Positions 1 to 13,620 of a stretch of 64,000 nucleotides of DNA are shown piece by piece; the first letter of the stretch is position 1; the number at the start of each line of letters is the position of its first letter. A model generated the notes under the pieces. It did no database searches. It was not told the DNA's origin and worked only from the letters and a program-made list of their open reading frames with translations. Source of the DNA: Trichoplax adhaerens (Eukaryota; Animalia; Placozoa); contig NW_002060944.1 of assembly GCF_000150275.1 (NCBI RefSeq), forward strand, positions 747,614-811,613, in the 5' to 3' direction. The translations under genes were made by a program, and so were the position numbers.

Positions 1-1289
1 TATGTTAAAAGTATAAATGCAAAATATATTACGTCAGAATACAATTAACAGAAACCTTAACTCAATAGACACCAGAAGTCATAACAGAACAGCTACCCTA
101 GAAAGTATTTTGAAATAACCGGAAGTGTAGTATGAAATGATTATTATATATTCAATTGAGCAAACAAACATAGTAAAAAAGAAATAATGAGATGCTGTAC
201 CATATCCATTACTAATGAATTATGATAGCCGTTTAAAATAAATGACTCGATTTGAATCATGATCTAACTTTTTTAAGCTTGCATGCAGTACAATTTGTAA
301 ACACGGAATTCGTTGATTTTCGATTCATTCACTTGAGTAGAATTAAATTATCATAAGATGCAAATGGCTAAGGAAATATACAACTTGATCACAATATTCT
401 TACCGGATTTATTGCATTAAAAGATCGCATTGTATTACGGGTATTACCTAATCATATTTTTAATTAATGAGAATAGAACTCATTCGCCGTGCCCTAGAGG
501 CATATCTTGTCTCCAGAATCTACTCTATAGAGCGGCATTTTCGCATTTATCGTACATAATAATACGATGTGGACGTGAATGTGGATTTTTAGAATACGTA
601 TTATGTTGATGCCAAATTGCCTGGAGTTATATTAGACGCTAAAATTATTAATGTGTAATGCTAAATAGCTTGCTATTTTTACTAACAATGACTGTATAAA
701 ACAGTTTCTGACTTTATTACCATACTTTAGATATTTACAATTAATAGAATAATACTCTTTCACAATAGGTAATAGGCATGAATGATAATATGATGCCAAA
801 GTAAAATACTTGTAAACGCAATTTTAAAGTGCTATCGATGTAATTTTCCTACACCTATTGAAAATAAAACGGCCAAGAATTTGCTCAAGCGACTGCAAAT
901 TGGATCTTTAACCTTATGCAATAGCTAAGGCTGTAACGGTTTTAGTTAAGTCTTTGTTAGAACGCCTGTCCTGCTCCTTACTCTTACCGTTACAACCGTC
1001 GCAACTGGTCTCTTATCCAGTGATTATATATGCTGTATATCAAACGCTATCATACTGTACTATTTATCCCTAATACCTTAATAGGTTGTACAAAAATATT
1101 ATGTGAATACATTACAGCTTTGATGTATTTGCATGGCGTAGCAATGACCGAGACTATCTGAATGTCTGGTAGTTGTCTACTTTACAGTACTATATTAAGT
1201 ATTGTAAGAACTTTATTATAAATCGTAGTCGTACATAAAGTAAATCCATCCTATTTTGTCAGATAGATTACGAATAATTAATAGAGTAA

Positions 1290-1770
1290 ATATCATGACG
1301 AGATTTCTATGCATTTCTAACCAAATTTCATCAACTCCTTATATACATAAAGGGCCTCATCATATTTGGCTTAATTGTGTAAACTTTTCCTATTTTCCAT
1401 AATAACTCGGCTACCGTATCTAAATGGTTTTGATTTCACTTTACTCGCTTATTTTTTAGGGCATTGACATACATAATAAGATTGGATTTTATCATAAATG
1501 GCCTGTTATACATATTAAGAGCTTGATCATATTTGCCTTTTTTATCGTAGATTTCGTATATTTTACGATAGGATTTACTGAAAAAAAACATTATTATCGT
1601 CATATAAGATTATTTCATTGTAAGTGATTTTAAATAACTATGATAATCATCATTGGTATCGCCTGGTAATATCTCAATGTCGCCTCAAAGATCCAAGCAT
1701 GCAGTAAATTCTTCTTCATCTTTCAATTTCGTAGCTATTTTTTGTGCTATTTGGCATGTTGTATACCAAC
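1290..1770 (-). pseudogene. Decayed TPR-repeat protein fragment (kinesin light chain/nephrocystin-3-like TPR class)
   Basis: Manual minus-strand translation gives 'ACLDL*GDIEILPGDTNDDYHSYLKSLTMK*', 'SKSYRKIYEIYDKKGKYDQALNMYN' and 'NHLDTVAELLWKIGKVY...KYDEALYVYKE'. These match the SY.NIG.VY..QGKY.EAL.MY.KSL repeat consensus, with stops and frameshifts. Boundaries are approximate. Confidence 0.65.
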
Positions 1771-2001
1771 TTGAAGTAGTGTACACAATAATATTGTAGC
1801 AAAGACGATGATAATTAATAATATACATATTCGGGTATGTTAAAACAAATAAAAGGTGTGAGTACGTACATATTTTATGCAGTATACGATGTATGACGAG
1901 CTTAGGTTCTATCAGTATAAATAATTATATAAGATAGCAATAAGTAAGATGAATTCATGTCGGTAATCTATTACTTTAGACTATAGTACTTTTTAGAGTA
2001 A

Positions 2002-2114
2002 CTAGTACAAACTCCCGTCGCTTTGCTGACGGTTTACGATAATGTGCTCATTTAACAGATAGTATTACCATTTGATAGACCTGTCAGAGGTTCAGTAACT
2101 TTATACCGTGTAGA
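2002..2114 (-). mobile_element. Non-autonomous Helitron-like element, copy 1
   Basis: The minus strand ends ...CCGTCAGCAAAGCGACGG-GAGTTTGTA-CTAG followed by T (GC-rich hairpin 9 nt before a terminal CTAG). About 110 bp are near-identical to 13384-13496. A possible 5' A|TC junction lies at 2115/2114. Confidence 0.7.
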
Positions 2115-2214
2115 TAAAATATCATGAAAATGAAAGATTATACATGTAAATACAGTATTTTCTAAATTAATTACTATCATTATAAAATGATTACGGGTAT
2201 TTAAACAGAGCCTG

Positions 2215-2672
2215 ATGCAAATATCACAATTGAAAGAATAGTTATTTCTGCTCAGTATGACTTCAGGAAATTGAGCATTGAGATTTATGGGAACAATAAT
2301 TAATATTGGGCGTCAGCATGTCGTTCGACTTTTAAGTAGAATAATAATTATAGCATATTTTGAGTCCAAACAGTACATATACTGTAGAAAAAAGTATCAT
2401 GAATGAATCGTATACTTGTAGATGCACTATAATATTGATTACTGTTGGTGTGAAATATTCGTAAGTATCCGAACAGAGTCTCAAGCAAAACTGGTAATCG
2501 AAGCAATAATTATTTCTTCTCAGTACAACATTGGCCAATTAAGCATTATGATTTACGAACATTAATAATATTAGGCGTAAAATAGCCGTTCAACTTTTAA
2601 GTAGAATAAAAGTTATAGCATATTTTGGGTTCAAATAGCACATATACTGTAGACGAAGTATCAAGAATGAAA
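2215..2672. repeat. Imperfect direct duplication (~267 bp offset), with a third partial copy near 3240-3325
   Basis: 'taatattgggcgtc...cttttaagtagaata...gcatattttgagtccaaacagtacatatactgtaga' (~2300-2390) recurs at ~2567-2655. 'gatgcaaatatcacaattgaa...tatttctg' (2215) recurs at ~3240. Confidence 0.65.
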
Positions 2673-5379
2673 TGCTATACAGAATACTGTAAAATGGCGA
2701 TTTTTCGGGATTTGTAGTACTTGCAGCAATCGAAATTATTTCAATGTTAGATCATTTATTCTCATAAATTAACTTTACAAAAACATTTACTAAACTCTAT
2801 AGTAAGAATATGAAATATGCTATAACATCAAATAAATATGTTCATCTATTTTGTTATCAAAATATTTAAAAAGAAAATAACATGTCGTGTACTTGTATAT
2901 GTGAACTATAGTGATGTCAGTTATACTGTACGTTAGTTATCTCATAATAAAACTTTGTTTCTACTACATGTTATCCGCCTGGTTATTTTTGTTGCGATAA
3001 TAAAGGTTGTACTATCGTGAGACACTATCATACAGCTTTAAGCCTTGAACTGTAATGGACGGTACTTCTAGCACCGGGAGAAACTTCGCTACAAGCAATA
3101 AGTAACACAGTATTATCTCGATATTATCCTGATAGTATCTTGATAGAATCTTACTAATATCAGAACTGTACATTATATCATCAATAAAATATGAAGAAAA
3201 GAAAAGATAGTTGAAACCCCTAATTCCCAAATAGAGACTGATACAAACATCACAATTAAAACCATTATTATTTCTGTTTAGCATAAGTCAATTAAATATT
3301 AAGATTTATCTGCAACAGTAACATTACGCACAGACTAAGGTATTGTTGGAGTATATAAATACTATAACTACATCTGTATACTCTTGCCCCCCCATGTCCT
3401 ATCAGCTATGAGAGAGAAATAGCGATTCGAATTCATATGCATATCACTATTAAATAGTTGATTTCTCATTACTTTTCCTTACTCCGTGCTTACTTAGCTC
3501 GGGAAATATCCAGTTTGGCCGTAGCTGTTCTTATTTTTGCAACTATTTTACAAGTTGGATTGTAATCGATAATAGCAATTTACGAAACTAATTAATCCAT
3601 TTCAATTGTCATCGTAACTTGTGAAATCGCACTAAAACTAAATCTTTACTTCTTCAAGTAATCAACGTAATAAGATGTTTTTACTCTTGATAGGATGCCT
3701 GAAGTATAATTTTGGGGAGTAACACCAATTCTACCCCTACTCTTAGCTCTAACACGAACTCTAATTCCAATCCTAGCCCTAGAAATCATCCTAAATCGTA
3801 TTATGAAGTCAAAGAATATGTTCAAGCGACTGAAAATAGATTTTAGACCATGTAAGATAGCTTAGGTAGTCCTTATACATCGTATTGTGATTATGAATCA
3901 GAACCGTTGTTCATATGGACATTAATAGAATCATTTTCATTAGAAGAAGCTCGGAAAACAGCTTATCGTAAAGGTTTTGTTAAAAATCATCCAATAGGTG
4001 AATGTCATCTAACATGGTCAGCATTTCGATTATCGAAAATCAGAATGGATACAATCGTAATCTCGTATGGAGTGACAGACATATTATCGTGTAACATGTA
4101 GTTTTAATGCAGTAAATCGTTGCGGTTACATGCGAGGAGAACTTTGTTGTAATCCTTATGTCTTCAGTACGTATAGTGGATATCGATACTACTACGTTGA
4201 TTATGTCAATATACGTGGACAATTGGTTATATAAGCATTTCTAAATTTTATTTTCGGTTTAGATAATACCCGTTCAAATTTCTTAGACTAACTTCTCTTT
4301 CTATAAGATAGTCTTTGATTCAATTAATTTCGGAGTATAGAAATGTTAAGATAATGAAAAAGGCAATGGACTCATTCTAAGAATAGTATCTATCTATTTT
4401 TTTAATTGAATGTAATTCACAAACAGCATCTGTCATGTACTAAATTACCATGAGTAGTTTTTATATGTAAATAAATATGTATATTTAGTTCAAGTTTGGA
4501 GATGGTAACTGTCATAAAGTTACTAAGCTTATTCTATTACTAAATATAGAGCAAATACACGCAACGGGATCAAGATTGGTCATATCAATATATACGTTGT
4601 AAATTCTGTATCCTTAAGTGGATAGACATTATTTTATTATTGCGATAATTCCAAAATTTAGCGGTAGATCCTCGAACATAGATGTTGGGAACTAATTTAG
4701 TAGATCCCATTGTTAATTACCGACATATAGTAAACCTGATTGAGAAATTTGAACATGTATTTTGAATATTGTAGATTAAAACCTTATAATAAGTGTATTA
4801 GGTAAAAAGTAAGAGCAACATTGGGAATATTTTATCATATTAAATTTGCAGTTAAGAGGATTAGACTAGAGTTTAGAGAAGCCCTGAATGAAATATTTTG
4901 GTGAGTTGTCACTCTGTAAGTGGTTTTACCACGGTTCAAAAGACTTAAAGTAGTAGTTAAATCGGATTGTAAAGCTAAAATATCAATTCAAGCATTTTAA
5001 TCCGGCTAATAAAATAAATTTTTAATTTCGTTGTAAATTGAAGAATTGTTGTTCAGGTCAGTTGAATAAGGTTCGGACCGGGGAATATATTTCCCAATAC
5101 AGCAGATTGCCTAATGACCCTATATTCTCATCTTAATAAGTCTTTAGTGATAGTAGATATATTGTAATTAAATTCTCAACCATATTGCTAGCCATTACAA
5201 ATTGAGGCCTATAACACCCGCATTTATATCGCTTGCTTTATAAAATATAAAATTCCTCTTTCTTTTAATTATCCATTCCTTGATCTCTATGAGGATTCTC
5301 AAGTCCTCGAATGAGAATAGTATTATTCTTCTTCCTATTACAATAACTCTGGGCGCATATTGATATATGAAATTTTCAG

Positions 5380-5764
5380 TCTATATATAGAGAGAGAGAA
5401 AGACTAAAAATGACGTAATAACACATGCAGGACTACTTAGCCATTCCTCTTCAAACTAGGCGTAACGATGACCATAGACTTGATCACCAATACCAATAAT
5501 GAATAGGTATATTGACATTGAAAAATCGAATAAAGCTGGTCTATTAAAGATTAACTTAGTAGCTGCACCCATTTCAGTATCATTATCAATGCGATTTCGA
5601 ACGATTACAAATATATTTCCAAAGAAAGCTGACGAAGCCATAATTCATACTGCTAATTTTAGAGATGTGTGAACGAGAATATTTTCATAGCTTAAAGCCA
5701 AATTCAAATCTTGAACGAGCGAATACGTAGTTATCTTCGCTGGAACTATACCACATAAATATTC
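5380..5764 (-). pseudogene. Pseudogene fragment of an LGR/RXFP (GRL101-like) leucine-rich-repeat GPCR, hinge to TM3
   Basis: One frame after an AG reads 'YLCGIVPAKITTYSLVQDLNLALSYENILVHTSLKLAV*IMASSAFFGNIFVIVRNR...LFDFSMSIYLFIIGIGDQVYGHRYA*FEEEWLSSPACVITSFLVFLS'. This parallels the RXFP-type pattern 'ENLL...VW....FGNIFVI...D.LMGIYLF.IG..D....Y....W..S..C' and has two in-frame stops (one TGG>TGA-like). Confidence 0.8.
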
Positions 5765-6319
5765 TAACAATTAATAAAAACTGAATTTTTAAAGGCAAAC
5801 TGCAATCAGAATCTGCCCGAGAATGCGGGTACTCTGAGCTATCAGTATTACTATAACTAGACCATCAGATCTAGATATTTTCTAATCCAGGCATATAATA
5901 AGTAGGATCCCGCCACTAGCGTAGGTCAGTTCAATTACAGGATCTATAAATACTAGTAAAACCCACGTTCGTTTTACGTCCCGTATAGTATGTACTCGCA
6001 CTTTTACTTTACAATTTGTGTCAAGTATCAAAGAAAGTAACCAGTATTGTGTTACCAACTCTGATTATATTTTTAGCTGCATTACATGTTGCACTAATTT
6101 TCTGTGGCTTAGAAGTACGTCTTACTATGTTGTCTCTAAACAGGAACTTTTCAAAGGAAAACCTCGATATGTGTACGTTGCTATTACAAGCTTATATTTC
6201 ATATGTTAAGTTTACTTCGATTACATCCTCAATTCCTATCTATTACATTTGTTATTGTATTTACTTACTTATTATAAGGTGCTATCCGGAAAATGAACTT
6301 TACGATACTTGAGTTAATG

Positions 6320-6700
6320 ACAATCTATACCTGACATTGATACTATTTGGCCATGTATTACAGAAATATCAATATCATCCTTTTGGTGTCTAATTTTCCT
6401 GATTTGTAATGATAATTAAGATATATATACATATGCTGCATTTTATCATTTGCAACTTGCTCTCCTTGACTATCCAATATATATAGTTTTATGATTTAGA
6501 AAAATTCATGTTACCATTTTCAAGTTGGCTTAGCTTGAGTGATTTCTCGTACATTAACATGACTTTATTATACTCTCTCTGAAGGTATGGACACTTCAAT
6601 ATTATTGCATGAATGACTGGCATTGACATAATTTTCACTCGATAAAAAATAACAATCCTATTTCTAGTGCTTCGTATAGACTTTCCAATCTTGTTGGTTT
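6320..6700 (-). pseudogene. Highly decayed TPR-repeat remnant
   Basis: Minus-strand fragments 'SHSCNNIEV...EYNKVMLMYEKSLKL...NFSKS*N' and 'SLQIRKIRHQKDDIDISVIH' resemble the same TPR class. Confidence 0.4.
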
Positions 6701-7788
6701 CGATTTTATAACCTTTTCATATCGTTTTGTTCGTCCAAACATTAGCTTATTTTGAACTGATCTAACCCTTTCCAGCCAATTTTTCTACTCAATCCATTAG
6801 TCCATTTGCGTTAAGAATATTAATCATACCTATTCTTAGGAAGACGTTATACTAAACTTTATCAATGGTATCTGTAGTTTGGAAAAGCAGATGAATTTGA
6901 TCAATAATCATTTCAAATAATTAAAATACTTTTTGATATGATAAATCTTTCTCGCTATCGTTACTTTCACTATATATAGACATTTTTAGCAGAGCATTTT
7001 TAGACTCGATCAGTAACTGATTACCCTTTAATGAATTTTACTAAAGCCACAAACGTCTTTATAAATCTTTTATCATTCCGTATAATATTTCTAGTACTAA
7101 TCCCTTTATTAAACCCATTAAAAATTGTTAGTATTTTCATTTTTAATGCTTCGATCCAGTCTATTTCTATCCTAACTCACCTACTTCAAGCATTATGGAC
7201 GTATAATTGCTTCTGTAGTTTAGAGTGAACTACAGAAAATAATTAGGCTTCTCGTATTTATTTTAATGAAAGAAATTAAGGAGAATCTTACACATCTATT
7301 TTTTTATTCGGAAAGCACGTGTATTATAATTATTAAAGAAATGTGAAAATGTCCGAATACTATCCTGCAGTAGTCAGAAGATTTATCAATTAATTAAATA
7401 TACGCCAGATAAATTAGAGTAAAAAAAGATGTAATTGAGACAGTTGGCTTAATTAAGTTATAAATTTAATACATCCAGCAGGAATATCCCATTAAAGGAG
7501 AAATGGCAAAATTCATTAATTAAAAAGACTTTCAATCCCATCATAAAGAAATACTTCTTTTATAGACTCTAGTTTTAGACCCATACACCAGAAAAATAGA
7601 GAGTATGGATAAATAGGATTATTTTACTTGTTTTATTCCCCACATTACAGTACTTCTAGCTGTCAGTTACTCAATTTCTGTAGCAATTCCAGATCCAATT
7701 GACTACCAAGCGTAAACGTGTAATTTTACCATGAGATAAATGTTTTTAGTCTAACATCGACTCTTCATGAACCAGCTTCGTAACAAGG

Positions 7789-8335
7789 TGTGATATATAC
7801 CAATCACGAAATTCCAAATTTTCGAAAAATAAGGGCTTTATTGAATCTTATACAAAGATTAACTACACACAGCTCTACTCTAGCCGAATACTACTACTAA
7901 AGACTTCTACAACGAACTAACAGAATAATCTAAAGTTGCATGCTTTTATACTTTCCGTAGCATTCGCAGCTACAATCCGCATGGCAACCTTTTACCTTAT
8001 TTTACACATAGTTAAATTATTCTTAGTAAGACTATTCTACTGCGGACCATTATTAATCCAATATGGATACGACTACAGTACTTACGTAGACATTATTCAC
8101 ACCAGCCAAAGTACAATGAATTAACCATATCCTAATATATGATTTACACTTCTATTTTTACCTATAGCCTTATCAGTAACTCAACAGCTTACTGTATATA
8201 GTCATCTGTACTCTAGCATAGAGTCTCTACCACTACAGTCTATAGTTATAGCTACCAAATATCTCTTAGGATAAATATCTACCGTACATTATACTACACA
8301 TGGCTAACAGTCTACAATCACAATACTAAGTAACA
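7789..8335 (-). mobile_element. Solo LTR, copy A (547 bp)
   Basis: Begins TGTGAT and ends TAACA, flanked by CAAGG (7784-7788) and CAACG (8336-8340), a 5-bp TSD with one mismatch. Minus-strand TATAAAAG at 7943-7950 and AATAAA at 7837-7842. Homologous end-to-end to 17149-17709. Confidence 0.8.
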
Positions 8336-11300
8336 CAACGATAACGTGAAGCAAATTTCTAAATCTCTAAATTGCTAAAGTCTCTGGGATTCAGTATCCC
8401 TAACTATCTCAAAAGTATTTAGATGCCTTTGGTAATACATTAAATGACTATAAAATTCCGATTTTATTCAGCTATCTACCCAGCTTGAATACTCTTCGGC
8501 AGCGACTAGTAGGAGTGAGTCATCGTAAGGTTGTGAAAGTTAATTCCTACCGGATGGCTAAATTAATACTAAGATATTTATAACCTTAGACATGTATCGA
8601 ATGATTCTAGATAACTAGACTACAGTATGTCCATGCACAGAATTATTTATGGTATCACCTATAATTCAGGATATTTATTAATCGCATGCGTTACAAGACA
8701 TAGCACTATAATCAATTAACATCAGTTACCCTATAAGAACTCTTGCTGCAGTGCAGCTTAATTTATTGTAACAAATAATAACTACAGTGATTCTTACTGT
8801 AAGCCATTAATAGCTATCAACTACTGTAAGTAAACGTTTAGTTGCCTAAATTTAGTCAGCTATTTATTTACGGTAGTTGGTACCGTGAAGCGATTCTTGG
8901 TCTAATTGTATCTTATTTCGTCTTCGCGTTAACTTGGTATATGTCATAAATTATCAATTGAAAAAGGATTTAATAAGTTAAGTAACAATAATATTAATAA
9001 TCCATAAATATGAAGATTCATTAATTAAACGATTAAAATTAGCTAGATACCCACTATCATCTAATTCCAAATAGGTATCAAAAAGTTCTATCTTCATTTA
9101 TCATCTTATTCAATATTAGAAATACGAGTTACTTACTTGCTATCATGAAAAGCACAATAATGGAACTATTGAACAATTGCAGCCGTTACAATTACTACAC
9201 ACTATAGCCGCCTGAAATATTTTAATTGTATGATATCGTTCAACTAATATTTCAACTGAAAGGTTGGGAACAAAAATTTTGCAAATACTTATTGGTTATA
9301 TTCGTCTGTTCATACCACCCCCTAAGCATTAAATTTTCTTATATAGTGTAATAATAGTAACCCATCCCACATTATAAAATACCGAAATGAGAAAAATTCA
9401 AGTTAAAATCTATTAATAACCAACGTGCTTGGCAAACAATAACTATCATCAATCATAATCATCGTTGTACAAAAAATAGAAGAAAAAAATAATTGCTAGA
9501 TTCATGGTCATCGCCTTACTGACAATCTTTTATATTGCAAGTATTAGGCAATATCTATAGGAATAATGCTTTATACGAACGCTTTTAGTCTCGAATATTT
9601 GCTTATTTCTTATGGGCAATGAGCCTGATTGTATAAATTACCTTATTATAATCACTATTTCTTTAAGTTTGAAAAAGGACATCCTAGCGTAATAATGACT
9701 CTAGTTACTTTATCTTAACTTAGCGTTAAAGAACTAACCTGTGATGAAAAAAGTCGGCGAACCATACCAAAAATTATAGCTTGTATTTTTTTTTCTTGGC
9801 GATGCCCGAATGTTAATAGAGACCTCTTATTCTGTTCAAGAGAAATAAATCAATGAAAGATTGAGATAATACAGAAGTAGCTATGCGTATAATGCTTTAG
9901 CTTATACTTTTTTCCGAGTTATCTTTGTATCCAAGGTAAATGAACTTGACGAATCAATTTCAAGGACTACAATACATAATTTATTAGTATGAGATGAGTT
10001 TATTCATGGAAATTAATGAAAGTAATTTGTATCATGACTCAGAGTGAAAAAATAACCGATCTTATTATCGCAAAGCATGAGGTAGTATCCGACATCTTTC
10101 AAATTTACAACTTACTTGTCCAATTGGGTAGAATTGATAATTCAAGAAATGAGCTTTAGTAACAGTTGAGTCGGTTTCTGTGACGGTTTTTTAGATCTGG
10201 AGGTTGTTCATGATATTACTGCTTTAATAGCTTTTTCCATGAATGAGATCAGTATGAAGGACAAATAATAATATATAGATTCTTATAAATGACCCATAAT
10301 TCCTTATTCTATCCAGTGAACAATAGTTTTTATAGTCGTAGCTAACTACAGTGGATAGCCAGGTATACTGTATTCTTCAACGACATAATTTGAAATCATA
10401 ACCGCATGTCTGTTAGGTAGCTTATTTTACATCTTAATTTAGTTATAGAATAGCGATGGAGCTTTGGGAGGGGTTTCTCATAGAATAATCATTTAACTAT
10501 ATACTACAATTATTGTTCTTGATCATGATCTCCAACTGGTAAAATAGAGAGAATTCCTTCGAAAAATAATTTGTAAATTGGAATTCATTTCGAAAAATCA
10601 GCTGAAACCAACGCAATATTAAATATGGCACGATGTATTATAAATGGAATAACTGAGAATATTATTTACTAATTAGGGATTGCAATTTAGAGATGGATAT
10701 AATAGATAATAATGGTAAATTGAAATAGAATTTCAAGCACAGTGAATAACTGTTTCTAATATGGGAAATTCAATTCCATTCAAAATGATCACTAAAAATA
10801 GTAATATCCAATAAGAAAGAATTTCAATTTTACGCATACTGCATTAATATAGAAGGATTGAAAACACAGTTAGTTGATAATTGTATAAAGATAAAATTCA
10901 CCATAGTAAGTTGATATTTTTTTCTATATTAAACACATAATTATTAAAGGAGACTGATAGAATAAAAAAAAATTAGTATAGCACTTAATTGCTGTTAAAT
11001 TTATTACGATCTAGAAATGATGCGAAAATCATTTCTATTTCATACCAGTACAGGAATCAATCGATAGAGTTGATTCGAATAAGTAGTTGGCATGAAGATT
11101 GTAATGGACAATGAACGATCAATGATAACGATAGGAAGAAGATGAATCTTTCTGCCTAAGATATGATGGCCTAACGTGTAGGATTAATACATGGCATCGA
11201 ATTGTCATTAGTTTATATCTAGCTCAAATGAGAGATAAATTAAGCTGGTTATGACTGTAATGATTGAGTGATTGGTAAGGAAGAGCTAATACACTACTAT

Positions 11301-11759
11301 AAAATTAGTGGATTGTACTGAAATTAGTGACGGACGATCGATAAATTGAACTCGTCATGATTGCAAGATAGGAGTAGCTTAACTATAAGAGAAAAAGCAC
11401 TTCATGTACTTGATAAATTAATTTTTTACCCTGAACTGCGTAATGAAAGGATGGACGAAATTAAATTGGCCGTAGATATGATGATGGTAGTTTTTACGGG
11501 ACGAATGATATTAGCTATTATAGCATGAAAGTATTTATTGAGCTGTTTAGCCTTAACAATAGATGAATTAAACTATCCATGATTATATTGATAGCGTTAG
11601 TTTATAGACAAGAAATAATACAGACAGTCATGAAATTAAAGTATTGCTTTAAGCTGTTTCGCGAAACGAAGGGTATTTAAACTAAGACTTAAAGATAGAG
11701 TAATTGATAGTAAGAGGAGATCAAGACTTTTTAATGTATAAAAACCTGTTTATTTGCCA

Positions 11760-13100
11760 GAGCAATTTAACGGTAAGGTTTATTTGATGGAGAAGACGAA
11801 ATAAAGACATTTGGATGCATAAAATTCACTTCATTCACTTAAGCAATTTAATGATAGAATAATCTGATAGAGAAAACGAATTCGAAATAGTTTAGAACAC
11901 AATAATCAGTTCATGTACCGTAGCAATTTAATGATACTGTTATGTTATGGAGAAGACAAATTAGAGATGCCTGGACGCATAAAATTCAGTTCATGCGCCG
12001 TAGCAATTTAACAACAGAGTCATTTTATAAAGATGACGAAATACAGACATCTGGAGGCATAAAATTTAATTCATTACTCAAGCGATTGAACGATAGAGTA
12101 ATTTAATGGAGGAAATGAAATAGGGACATCTGGAGAGACAAGATTCGGTTCACTTACCCAAGATATTTAACGATAGAGTAATTTTATAGAGAAATAAAAT
12201 AGAGGCATCTGGATACATTAAATTCAGTGCATCTACTTAAGCAATATAACGAAAGAGTAATTTTATACAGAAGACAAAATAGAGATATTTTGAGGCATAA
12301 AAAATTCAGTTCAACTACCCCGGCAGTTTAATACTGAAACTGTAATGTTATAGAGAGGACGATATCGATTTTTGGATTTAAACTTCCGTTTAATTTACTC
12401 AAGCAATTTAAGAATAAAATAATTTAATGGGGAAAACGAAATAGAGACATCTGGAGACATAAAATTTAGTTTATTTATCTAAGCAATTTCTCGAAAGAGT
12501 AATCTTGTAGGGAAGATAAAATGAGATGTTTGCAGCATAAATTTAGTTCACCTAACCTAGCAATTTAGCGATAGAGTAATTTGATGGGGAAGACAAAATA
12601 GAGGCGGTTTGGTACATGATTATCGGTTCATGTACAGTATCATAACAATTTAACAATAGAGTAATTTTATAGAGAAGAGGAAGTAGAGACTGTTAGTTAC
12701 TTAAAAATCAGTTCACTTACCGTAACAATTTAACGATAGAGTAATATTACGGAGAAGAATAAGAGATAGCTAGATGCATACAAATTGGTTTATTTTTCAA
12801 GCAATTTTATAGAAATGAGGAAACAAAGATATCTGGGTACATAAAAATCGGTTTGTGCATCAAACCAATTTAACGACCGAGCGGTTTTATAGAGTAGAGG
12901 AAACAGTGACAGCTCGGTGCTTAAATATCAGCTCATTTACGAAAGCAATTTTACATAGAAGAGAAAATAGAGACAGCTATGCGCATATAACTAAATTCAT
13001 TTACTTAAGTAGTTTAACGATAGAGTAGTTTTATAAAGAGGAGGAAATATGGACAGTTGAGCGCATCAACTCAGTCTGTTTTTCATCGCAATTTAGTTAT
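11760..13100. repeat. Old ~80-bp tandem satellite, ~17 diverged units
   Basis: The anchor GCAATTTAA(CGATAGAGTAATTT) or a variant recurs at ~11762, 11843, 11923, 12003, 12081, 12161, 12241, 12323, 12403, 12483, 12559, 12645, 12725, 12801, 12865, 12945, 13009 and 13088. More degenerate units probably extend left toward ~11100. Confidence 0.85.
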
Positions 13101-13383
13101 CCTCGCTATCTCGAGGAAATAATAATTATAATTTGTCCAAAAAGGGTAATGCAGATCGTTATAGAATTAAAACATTTTGCATCGAGTTCTAAAATGAAAC
13201 GGTAAACGAATTAGACTGCTAGGGTGATAGATTGTTGGAAAAGAGATGCTGTTGATTAGTAAAGTGATGCAATCCATCGAATTGTTGAGGAAACATGGTA
13301 GATAGATTATAATTATAAATTTTGATGACTAAAACGTTGCAGCGAGTTGTAGAAAAGAAGTGATGCTGCAAGTTTTATAGTAA

Positions 13384-13620
13384 CTAGTGCAAACTCCCGT
13401 CGCTTTGCTGACGGTTTACGATAATGTGCTCATTTAACAGATAGTATCACCATTTGTCGTAGACCTGTCAGAGGTTCAGTAACTTTATACCGTGTACTAA
13501 AGTCAGACTATAAACAAAAATAAGCTAACTCACTATTATGGGGATCACAATTCTCAACTTTACAAAACTAAAATATTATTTCTATCTTCTACTTCTTTCT
13601 TACTTCTTTATTGTCATAGA
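13384..13620 (-). mobile_element. Non-autonomous Helitron-like element, copy 2 (237 bp, apparently both ends)
   Basis: Minus strand reads A|TCTATGACAATAAAG...CCGTCAGCAAAGCGACGG-GAGTTTGCA-CTAG|T: 5'-TC, subterminal hairpin (13397-13414), 3'-CTAG, inserted between A and T with no TSD. The 5' end is inferred from motif only. Confidence 0.75.

Noticed and set aside
3730-3795. Interstitial telomere-like hexamer run
   Set aside because: Only a degenerate CCTAAC-like 6-bp periodicity with no perfect TTAGGG units.
5380-5400. TCTATATATAGAGAG as a Helitron 5' end
   Set aside because: Preceded by G rather than A, and better explained as a microsatellite at the end of the LGR pseudogene.
7936-8124. Paralogous 62/63-aa ORFs (also 17293-17484) as a small-protein family
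   Set aside because: Both lie inside the solo LTRs, one starts at TTG, and amino-acid identity (~55-60%) is about what neutral nucleotide divergence would give.
8400-9950. Possible second, plus-strand LGR-like relic ('NQLTSV', 'WEQKFCK', 'NICLFL', 'EVAMRIML.LILFSEL')
   Set aside because: Fragments are too short and degenerate to support by eye; needs a profile search.
11760-13100. CRISPR-like array or LRR-coding repeat
   Set aside because: Whole units are homologous with no unique spacers, the 80-bp period is not a multiple of 3, the consensus has stops in all frames, and there are no cas genes.
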